DNA of 64,000 nt from Candidatus Altiarchaeota archaeon (GTDB lineage: Archaea > Altiarchaeota > Altiarchaeia > IMC4 > SCGC-AAA252-I15), in contig JBDRLL010000006.1 of assembly GCA_043813075.1 (NCBI GenBank), positions 1-64,000 on the forward strand. The letters run 5' to 3'. The position numbers and the translations under genes are program-made. Below the pieces are notes generated by a model, which saw only the letters and a program-made list of their open reading frames with translations, did not search any database and was not told where the DNA came from. How positions within the stretch are numbered: the stretch's first letter is position 1; each line of letters begins with the position of its first letter. Shown piece by piece: positions 56,205 through 64,000 of this stretch.

Positions 56205-57362
56205 TTAAATCTTATCTGAAGCAAGCTTCTTATAGACTTCAAGCGTCCTGCCCGCGATAGCATCCCAGTTGAATTCACTCCTCGCCCTGCTGACGTAGGA
56301 GGGAAGCCTTTCACTGGCAATGCCGCCTTCAACGATACCCCTCACTCCAGCGAGTATGGAGTCCATGCTGGTGTCTGGAAGCTCCTCCACCACCCCGCAC
56401 TTGTCGAGTATGTCCCGCATGCCACTCTTTCTCTGCGCTAGGACAGGAATCCCTGATGACAACGCCTCCACCAGGCTAAGACAGAAACCCTCCACCTCGG
56501 CGGTGTGCACCAGAAGGTCTGCCGCATTATAATAGTAGGGTAGCATGTCCTCGGACACGAAGCCTTTGAAGAAAACGTTCTTAACGCCCATCCTACCGGC
56601 AAGTGACTTCATGCTATTCTCGAGAGGCCCTCCGCCACATATCAAGAGCTTATAGCCGCCCAATAACGCCATTGATTTTATCAGCGCAGCCAGGTTCTTA
56701 CGCTCCTCAAGCCTGCCGACAAAGAGGAGTATCTTGTCGTCGTGTGAGAGTCCCAGCCGGTCGCGTGAGTCGTGCCTGTCTCGCGGCTTGAACCGCTCTG
56801 TATCAACGCCGCTGTTGGTGACCGTTATGCTGGATTCTGCAATGCCATAGTCTTCAACAAGGCTTCTGCGAGTGTATTCGCTCATGGCTATGAAGTGCCG
56901 GGATGACTTGAAGCTCATCCTCTCAAGGCGGTCCCTGAGTTTATAGTAGAATAGATTGTTCATCATCCCGGTCGAGGAGTTGCCCCCGTTGAGTGAGACG
57001 AAATCCATTTCCGCCTTCATCGTATGGTGCACTGTCTCCAGCTTCCGTCCTGAAAGCATGAATCCCATACCAGAGCTGCTGTGTACAATATCGTATTCAT
57101 CAGCCAGCTTACCGTACTTACGGTAGATGCTGTATCCTGACGACGGGAAACGGAGTCCAGGCAGGTCTATGAAGCCGACCCTATCAACGCTGACGCGCTC
57201 GTCGATCGGAACTTCAGAACGGATGTGCTCCTTCTTCTTGTCAGGAACGACAACATCATACTCGACCTTGCCACAGAGCCTGGAGGTTATGTTGTATGCG
57301 TAAACGCCAGCCCCACCCCGTATGAACGGCGGGTACTCGTCTGTAGCGAAAAGAACGCGCAT
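56205..57362 (-). CDS. GT4 glycosyltransferase
   Basis: EYPP..GG, FVGRL..RK, EGFCLSLVEA. Confidence 0.9.
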   Translation of the reverse strand: MRVLFATDEYPPFIRGGAGVYAYNITSRLCGKVEYDVVVPDKKKEHIRSEVPIDERVSVDRVGFIDLPGLRFPSSGYSIYRKYGKLADEYDIVHSSSGMGFMLSGRKLETVHHTMKAEMDFVSLNGGNSSTGMMNNLFYYKLRDRLERMSFKSSRHFIAMSEYTRRSLVEDYGIAESSITVTNSGVDTERFKPRDRHDSRDRLGLSHDDKILLFVGRLEERKNLAALIKSMALLGGYKLLICGGGPLENSMKSLAGRMGVKNVFFKGFVSEDMLPYYYNAADLLVHTAEVEGFCLSLVEALSSGIPVLAQRKSGMRDILDKCGVVEELPDTSMDSILAGVRGIVEGGIASERLPSYVSRARSEFNWDAIAGRTLEVYKKLASDKI

Positions 57363-57368
57363 GGTAGA

Positions 57369-58496
57369 CTATTGGAGTTGTTTTTTTAATAGAATCAATA
57401 CCTTAGAGGCCGCGATATCCCACGTGAAATACTGTTCGACCCTGCTCCTGCCAGCTGAACCCATCTCCCTTGAAAGCCGGTCGTCTGAAAGCAACTCCTT
57501 GATCCTACCGGCAAGGGCGTCAACATCCCTGGGTTCCACCAGAAAACCATTCACCCCCTCCTCAACAACCTCCACGACCCCGCCGGACTTGTAGGCCACT
57601 ACTGGCTTCCCGCATGCCCCAGCCTCCGCCAGCACGATGCCGAACCCCTCCCGCGTGGAAGGCAGGACCAGCAGGGTGGAATTCTTGATTTCACGTATAA
57701 CATCATCATTATCCAAGACTCCCATGAAAGACACGTTATCCTCGAGTCCCATGTGAGAGGTCATTGCCTCGAGTTTCCTGCGCTCAGCCCCGCTGCCCAC
57801 CACCTTCAACGTGACGCCAGGGAATTCCGGGATAATCATTCCGAATGCGCGTATAAGGTCGTCAACATGCTTGTGGGATATGAGCCGTCCCACGAATATT
57901 ATCGACTTCTTCACAGGGGCCTTTACATTGAGCGAGTCGACGTAAGACAGGTCAACGCCGTTGGGGACGATATTGATCTTATCCTCGCTGACGCCGTACT
58001 CGTGGACGAGGATGTTGCGCGTGCTTAAGCTGACCGTCAGTATCCGGTCATAGGGGATTTTAAGGAGAATCCACTCCACAATACCAGCCAGCCAACCAGG
58101 ATACTGACCGCTCCACTCATTACGATAGACGTCATGGACTGTTGCGAAGAGGGGCACGTCCCTGAACCGGGTTGCGATGAATGCAGGTATCAGGGGGACG
58201 TACGTGTTGGCTTCTATTGCGTCGAAACTGTTCTTAAGCAGATAGTATAACGCAGACAGCATGTAGTGGGCGAACTGTATTACGTTGCGTTTAGGAGGGT
58301 TTCTCACGCGCGGGCCAATGTGGACGACGCGGACACCGTCGACTTCCTCCGCGTCTTCAACGCCGCGCAACCTCATTGACAGTATTGTGACATCCACACC
58401 ATCCTTGACGAGCCTTCGGGCTATCTCGTGTATCCTGACCTCACCGCCTCCCTTGACGTGCGGGAAGTTAAAATCAGTGAGCACGCACAATTTCAT
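57369..58496 (-). CDS. GT4 glycosyltransferase
   Basis: GGGE, NGVD, GRL..HK, EGFGIVLAEA. Confidence 0.92.
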   Translation of the reverse strand: MKLCVLTDFNFPHVKGGGEVRIHEIARRLVKDGVDVTILSMRLRGVEDAEEVDGVRVVHIGPRVRNPPKRNVIQFAHYMLSALYYLLKNSFDAIEANTYVPLIPAFIATRFRDVPLFATVHDVYRNEWSGQYPGWLAGIVEWILLKIPYDRILTVSLSTRNILVHEYGVSEDKINIVPNGVDLSYVDSLNVKAPVKKSIIFVGRLISHKHVDDLIRAFGMIIPEFPGVTLKVVGSGAERRKLEAMTSHMGLEDNVSFMGVLDNDDVIREIKNSTLLVLPSTREGFGIVLAEAGACGKPVVAYKSGGVVEVVEEGVNGFLVEPRDVDALAGRIKELLSDDRLSREMGSAGRSRVEQYFTWDIAASKVLILLKKQLQ

Positions 58497-59608
58497 TTTC
58501 CAACTACACCCTCGTATACTTTAAGCACCCTTTCACCCACCTTAGTCCAGTCGTATTCGCCGAGGAACGGGGCTCCCGGAGTCACATCGCCAGCAAGAGC
58601 CTGCTTTATCTTTGAAGCCAGGTCAGACACATCCCCTGGAGTGAATAGGAGTCCGCCGACCCCGCCACGCGTAGCCTCCCTAAACGGCGGTATGTCTGAC
58701 GCTACGTAAGGTACCTGGAGGGCCATCGCCTCGACGAGCGTTATGCCGAATCCTTCCACACTGCTGGGATGGCAGTAGACGCTGGAGGATTTCATGGCTT
58801 CAAGCACGTCAGCATGACGCGGTATGAATCCCTTGAAGTCTATGGAGTCTGACACACCCAGTTTTTTCGCTAGGGACTTTAGGTTCTCCAGTTCAGGGCC
58901 TGTTCCCACGAGGACTAGCCTTGCCTCAGGGTATTCCATCCTGACTATCGGAAGCGCCTTGATAAGGTCGTCGACGTGCTTGTACCCAACCAGGCGGGAT
59001 ACGCAGGATATTACCGGAGCGTCCTGCCTGAGTGCCTTCGCATTCTGGCACTGCTTCAAGTCAACGCCATTATGCACCACGGTTATGTCTCCACCTGCAA
59101 CGCCGTTTCGGACAAGTTTTTCCCGCGTATACTCGCTAACAGAGATGTATTTATCCCACTTTCTCGATAGGACATACCGCTCAAGCATCTCACCCAATAT
59201 GCCGGAAAATCCTACGTTGCCAACCCACTCGCCCAACCACACGTCATGGTAGGTGGCGACACGCCTCCCGCAGCCCGACCGCCATGCAACGGGGTAGGTC
59301 ATGAAGCTTGAGCCGTCCACTATATCATAACTTTTCGCACTTATCTCCCTGATCGCATTCCTCATGAACATGAACCGCTTGGACAACGAGGAGGCCTGGG
59401 AGTACTCCACCTCAGGTCCCACGCGGACGACGCTTATGCCGTTGAACTCTGCCTCGCGCTCCAGACCATTTTCCAGTAGGGTGTAGACTGTGACGTCGTT
59501 TTTCTCGGCGAGGTTCTTCGCGACATGGAATGCCCTGGCCTCCACGCCTCCGCGGACTTCGCAGTCGCTTGTGTGGGGGAAGAACTCGCTTGTTATCGCA
59601 ATGTCCAT
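58493..59608 (-). CDS. GT4 glycosyltransferase
   Basis: GGVE, NGVD, RL..YK, EGFGITLVEAM. Confidence 0.92.
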   Translation of the reverse strand: MDIAITSEFFPHTSDCEVRGGVEARAFHVAKNLAEKNDVTVYTLLENGLEREAEFNGISVVRVGPEVEYSQASSLSKRFMFMRNAIREISAKSYDIVDGSSFMTYPVAWRSGCGRRVATYHDVWLGEWVGNVGFSGILGEMLERYVLSRKWDKYISVSEYTREKLVRNGVAGGDITVVHNGVDLKQCQNAKALRQDAPVISCVSRLVGYKHVDDLIKALPIVRMEYPEARLVLVGTGPELENLKSLAKKLGVSDSIDFKGFIPRHADVLEAMKSSSVYCHPSSVEGFGITLVEAMALQVPYVASDIPPFREATRGGVGGLLFTPGDVSDLASKIKQALAGDVTPGAPFLGEYDWTKVGERVLKVYEGVVGK

Positions 59609-59654
59609 GTGTTTCAGATTACACATAAATCTAGGAACTTATATAACAACCTTG

Positions 59655-61937
59655 CTAGAGGCAGTTGACGTAGAATACTTCAACCCCGTTGTTGGATGGT
59701 TCAACAGACTCCTCCTTCAACACCTCCAGCCCATCGTTCCTGCCGCTCGCGATGTTGTAGTTGTGGTAGGGGTACTTCCTCTCAAAAGTGAATTCAACGG
59801 GCTTCACCTCACCCTTCTCGAAGAACACGCTCCTCTTGTCTAATGACTCCACAATCATCTTCTGCATCATCTGAGACGCAGTCAAGTCGACCAGAAGCAG
59901 GTCTATCCCATACTCTCCAGCATCGCCCGTGTTACGGAACGCCACTGTGCCCTTGAAACCCCAGCCGCCGTCACCGAGAGGGTAAGCCCGCATGCTGCAG
60001 TTGGATATGTTACCGATATCGGCTGGAATCACATATGCGGCGTCCTTCAGCTCGTTGGCTTCGAATGAATCATTAAGAGCATACGTTTGCATGCCATGTT
60101 CGCCGACAATATCGAGCTTCAAGCCGGCCTGCCTTCCGTCACCGTAGTTCTGCATTACCGCCCCAACCACAACACCCCTGCCCTTACCAGCACCCAAGTC
60201 CGGTGAGACTTCATACAGCATCAACTCCACGCCAGTATACGGGTCGACCTCGCTCTTAACCAGCCTGAAGTATGCTGGGTCAGCCATCCTGTGCCTCAGC
60301 TTGTATACCGCGAGATGGTCGGCCAACTCCACAGGGGGAACCTGGTCAGGCATCATAACAAGGCCGCCCGATATCGCGTATGCCATCCTCCCCTCCTGGT
60401 TGACGACATTGAAGTTTAGGCTGTTTATCATGACGTGAGTCACCTTGCTACGGGATAGGGCAATTGCGGCGGCTTTTTCAGGCATCCACAACGAATCGTG
60501 GATGTTCTTCCGTATTACACCGGGGTTAGAGACGGATTTCATTCCTGACAGGGATTCGAGCATGTACCCCCTATCCCACCTTGTCAGCACCCTGCCATCC
60601 ACGCCCTGCACGCCAAGCCAGCGGTAGAACTGGTATTCCGTGTCATATCCTATCCTACGAGGGTCCGAGTCCATGACGTACATGGCGTTGACAGTAAAGC
60701 TTGACAGCACAAGCAATGATAGTATAGCAAGCTCCCGCCAATGGCCTGCGAGCTTCCATGAAGCTGCGACAACACCGAGTGAGGCCAGTATGAACACGTT
60801 CTGGAAGCTCTCCCGCGTGTCAAGGGAATCGTATGCGTAGACAAGGCAGGGCACTGCAATCACCAGAAGGACGATCCATAGTCCGCCAACATTGTTTCTC
60901 TTGAGTGCTTTTGCCATTGGCTTGCCCGCCCATGACAGCAATGCCTTCTCAGACTCCAGCCAGGAGGTTATGACGTGGCCAGCCAGCATGCAAACGCCAA
61001 GGTCGGATATCCTCGTCCCCCTGTCGAATATGAAGGCGAGCATGAATCCGGTGAGCGTCAGCGTTATGCCGATAGTATCACGCCTGCGGACTGCGATGGG
61101 GATTGCAAGGGGGATTAGGAAGAGGAGTATGTTGTTCCTAAGCCAGAAGTTGCTCGGCTCGATGGGCTTCACGTCCGCACTACCATAGCGTCCCTGCGGG
61201 AGGGACTCCAGCATATTTGAGATGTAATGGGGCACGACCGTCAACCCGGCGATGACTATGACGACCGACACCATTGCTATGTAGGCGGGATATATTCTCG
61301 CAAGATCCTTCTTCTTTACGCGCCCACTGAACAGATGCTCGACCACGAAGTAGCCGACGTATAAGCCGGCGACACCAAGGCCGACATAGATACTCTCGTT
61401 GATGAACATTGCAGGATAAATTATCGCAATGAATAACACGCCCCAGAACAGCCTACCCCCTCCTTTGGCTTTCACCGCCTTGACCACGCAAAAAAGAGCG
61501 GCTGCTATCAGAAGCAGCTGGAGGTGATCGTGGGTGAAGCCGACGAGAGACAATGCGAGCGGCTCTATCATTGACGTGTATATCATAGCGGACGCGAACG
61601 CGGCCTCGCGTCCATGCTGCTCCCTGACTAGGTAATATATCATGAGCCCTGTGAGCGACGCTAGCAGCGTGCTTAGGAATACGATAGCGTAGAAAAGCTG
61701 GTTCTCTGGGATGATGAAACCCAGAGCCTGGAGCAGCCATACGGTAGGGTCCATCAGCTCGTATGCGGGCAGCAGGGTGCCCTTAGCCACCCCATAGTAG
61801 AACCATGTTTCCGTGTGGTTGACGGAATGCCAGCCGTATTTCGTGAAGAAAAGCAGGTTAAGCACCGTCCGTAGTATCACCCCAGATAATAGTATGATGA
61901 ACGCCTGCCTCCTGCCGTCAGACCTGAAAAAATCCAT
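59655..61937 (-). CDS. Divergent STT3/AglB-like GT-C membrane protein
   Basis: Many TMs, GFTHDH, VLTRWDRGY at the WWDYG position, soluble C-terminal domain. Confidence 0.6.
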   Translation of the reverse strand: MDFFRSDGRRQAFIILLSGVILRTVLNLLFFTKYGWHSVNHTETWFYYGVAKGTLLPAYELMDPTVWLLQALGFIIPENQLFYAIVFLSTLLASLTGLMIYYLVREQHGREAAFASAMIYTSMIEPLALSLVGFTHDHLQLLLIAAALFCVVKAVKAKGGGRLFWGVLFIAIIYPAMFINESIYVGLGVAGLYVGYFVVEHLFSGRVKKKDLARIYPAYIAMVSVVIVIAGLTVVPHYISNMLESLPQGRYGSADVKPIEPSNFWLRNNILLFLIPLAIPIAVRRRDTIGITLTLTGFMLAFIFDRGTRISDLGVCMLAGHVITSWLESEKALLSWAGKPMAKALKRNNVGGLWIVLLVIAVPCLVYAYDSLDTRESFQNVFILASLGVVAASWKLAGHWRELAILSLLVLSSFTVNAMYVMDSDPRRIGYDTEYQFYRWLGVQGVDGRVLTRWDRGYMLESLSGMKSVSNPGVIRKNIHDSLWMPEKAAAIALSRSKVTHVMINSLNFNVVNQEGRMAYAISGGLVMMPDQVPPVELADHLAVYKLRHRMADPAYFRLVKSEVDPYTGVELMLYEVSPDLGAGKGRGVVVGAVMQNYGDGRQAGLKLDIVGEHGMQTYALNDSFEANELKDAAYVIPADIGNISNCSMRAYPLGDGGWGFKGTVAFRNTGDAGEYGIDLLLVDLTASQMMQKMIVESLDKRSVFFEKGEVKPVEFTFERKYPYHNYNIASGRNDGLEVLKEESVEPSNNGVEVFYVNCL

Positions 61938-61986
61938 CTTATAGTGTATAGATTATCTCCAGTTTAACATAAGACTGTCTTATACG

Positions 61987-63126
61987 TTATAGTTCAAGCA
62001 CCAGTTCCAGACCGTCAAGAGACTTCACGAGCCTGCCTTCATGCGTCTTACCCAGCTCCTCCATCACCTGGCTGTCGGCCAGACCCTGCTTCCGTAGGGA
62101 GGATACGAGCTTCATTAGGGAGTCTATCTCACCGTAGTGCTGGTATATCAAGTCGCCCTTGGACTTGTCGACGACAGACGACTCCTCGAACCGCTTCATG
62201 GAATCCTCCTGCTGCTTCAGCACCATCTCCACCTTAACCTTCCTGGACTCTGCTGCGGAAGTCATGCCCTCCCCAACGGAAAATGCCTCACGGCTGCTGA
62301 AGAACTCGTCGACAGCATCATTAAGGGAGTCATAATCTTCAACAAGCATGCCATCATACTGCCGGGACTTGAATGGCTGGACGTCAACATAACCACCCTC
62401 GTCAGAGACCAATATGGGGCTTATGCTACGGGATAATACGTCGTCGACGAGAGACTTGAATGAATCCCACAGACTCTTCCTAGAAGCATCATCGAGGGCT
62501 GGATAAGCGACTTCCTTGTCAACCCCCGCATTAAGGCAAACCCCCTCCGCGAAGAAGCCGCCGACCCCAAAGCGCGATGCTATCGTAGAGACCACAGGCT
62601 TTTCCTCGCTTGACATTATATCATTGAACTCACCCAAGCCAACATCCAAGATGTTGACTCCTGACGGAGGATACTCATAGGCCTTACCTACGCCAAGCGT
62701 CCTATGCCTCCACTTCTGCCATTCGAGGAGCCCTATTATCTTAAAGCCCTCGTCACAGAGTATGACATTCCCCTTGCTGAACAACTCGGCGATAAGGATG
62801 AGACGCTCCCTGCCATCGAACACCATCTCTATTATCCTGTCAAAACCATGCTGCCTTACCTCAGAGACCCTTAGGCCGCCGAGGCGCTTTCGCAACTGCA
62901 TTGCGAAAGAGCTTGGGTTCTGGGGTATGGCCCGCGTGTATCCTGTGATGCAAAAGTAGTTTGGGGCTAGGACAAGGTCTCTGGTTCCTGAACCGGGCAC
63001 GTAGAAGCGGAGCAAAAGCTCTTTAGACCCGACTTGGTATGCCTTTTCGAATCTGGCGCCAGTCAAAACCCCTGCGACCTCGCCGGCTAGAATACGGACG
63101 TCGATGCTGGATAAACCCTCTTTCAT
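61987..63126 (-). CDS. Rqc2/NFACT (RqcH-like) protein, N-terminal part only
   Basis: LSSIDV, PSSFAMQLRK, FDRI, ELFSKGNVIL, YEYPP, KGDLIY; stops at 379 aa. Confidence 0.85.
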   Translation of the reverse strand: MKEGLSSIDVRILAGEVAGVLTGARFEKAYQVGSKELLLRFYVPGSGTRDLVLAPNYFCITGYTRAIPQNPSSFAMQLRKRLGGLRVSEVRQHGFDRIIEMVFDGRERLILIAELFSKGNVILCDEGFKIIGLLEWQKWRHRTLGVGKAYEYPPSGVNILDVGLGEFNDIMSSEEKPVVSTIASRFGVGGFFAEGVCLNAGVDKEVAYPALDDASRKSLWDSFKSLVDDVLSRSISPILVSDEGGYVDVQPFKSRQYDGMLVEDYDSLNDAVDEFFSSREAFSVGEGMTSAAESRKVKVEMVLKQQEDSMKRFEESSVVDKSKGDLIYQHYGEIDSLMKLVSSLRKQGLADSQVMEELGKTHEGRLVKSLDGLELVLEL

Positions 63127-64000
63127 TCCAAACCAAACTGCTTCAACAAAATCGCTTTCTGCGCGTGAACCCTGTTCTCAGCCTGACGCCATACCACGCT
63201 CTGACGGGAGTCTATCACGTCGTCGGTGACTTCAACCCCACGGTGGGCTGGCAGGCAGTGCATGAATATTGCATTCTCCTTGGCGTGAGACATCAATTTC
63301 CGGTTAACCTGAAATCCTTCAAAAGCAGTCAGACGATCCCCCTCCTGGGACTCGTCACCCATACTCACCCAGACGTCGGTGTAGACGACGTCAGCACCCT
63401 TGACTGCGGACTCGGGATTATCCAATACTATGACCTTTGAGTCGACCGCGGTCTTTAAAGCGTCGTTTACGAATCCTTTAGCCGGCTTGTATTCCGGCGG
63501 CGTGGCGACGGTTATGTTAACGTCGGTGAGCGAACACCCCAGTATGAGGGAATTGCAGACGTTGTTGCCGTCGCCAACGAAAGCCAGGTTAAGACCCTTG
63601 AGGTCGCCCTTCAACTCACGTATAGTAAGCAAATCTCCTATGACCTGGCAGGGGTGCTCCTTTTCAGATAGGCCGTTGATGACAGGTATCTTAGAGTACT
63701 TTCTCAGCTCCTCGAGGGTGGAGTGCTTGAATACCCTTGCCATAACACAGTCCACGTAGCCTGTCATGACGCGGGCTGTGTCCGCGATAGTCTCGCCCCG
63801 ACCCAACTGCATGTCGCCCGCGTTAAGGACGATGGGTGTGCCGCCCAACTCGATCATCGCAACCTCGAATGATACTCTCGTCCTGGTTGAAGGCTTCTCG
63901 AATATCATGGCAAGCTTCCTGCCTGAAAGCCGGTCAGAGTATTCACCAGGATTCTTCTTTACTTCGGCAGCGAGGTCGAGGATGCCTGAGACATCATCCC
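63123..64000 (-). CDS. argF: Ornithine carbamoyltransferase (5'-truncated by window edge)
   Basis: FEKPSTRT, HPCQ, GDGNNV, WVSMG, HCLP; frame is open to the window end. Confidence 0.96.
   Translation of the reverse strand, partial: DDVSGILDLAAEVKKNPGEYSDRLSGRKLAMIFEKPSTRTRVSFEVAMIELGGTPIVLNAGDMQLGRGETIADTARVMTGYVDCVMARVFKHSTLEELRKYSKIPVINGLSEKEHPCQVIGDLLTIRELKGDLKGLNLAFVGDGNNVCNSLILGCSLTDVNITVATPPEYKPAKGFVNDALKTAVDSKVIVLDNPESAVKGADVVYTDVWVSMGDESQEGDRLTAFEGFQVNRKLMSHAKENAIFMHCLPAHRGVEVTDDVIDSRQSVVWRQAENRVHAQKAILLKQFGLE

Overview
Gene-dense archaeal chromosomal segment. It carries eL15, eL39, NMD3, aIF-1A, RIO1, TFE, thermosome and Taw1, uses GGTGA/GGAGG ribosome-binding sites, and retains biosynthetic genes (purB, purF, hisI, lysC, argJ, argF). 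The many Cys-rich and Thr-rich surface proteins and class III signal peptides suggest a lineage like Altiarchaeota; this is inference only. I saw no CRISPR array, rRNA, integrase or transposase. Most notable: (1) a DUF2723/TMEM260-type glycosyltransferase split into two adjacent ORFs in reversed order (C-half before N-half), inside a GT-C-rich locus flanked by Thr/Cys-rich type IV pilin-like genes; (2) tRNA-Asn(GTT) with a 122-nt hairpin-rich intron, plus an exact 20-bp duplicate of its 5' end 128 bp away; (3) a 40-aa Cys-tailed peptide, absent from the ORF track, in an ArsR/permease cassette; (4) an STT3/AglB paralogue with RWDRG in place of WWDYG; (5) a DUF373-PRC-barrel fusion, an oapABC/arvABC operon, a 1080-aa LxxRExx coiled coil and a C-terminally truncated Rqc2/NFACT. 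All family calls come from motif recognition by eye, not from database searches.
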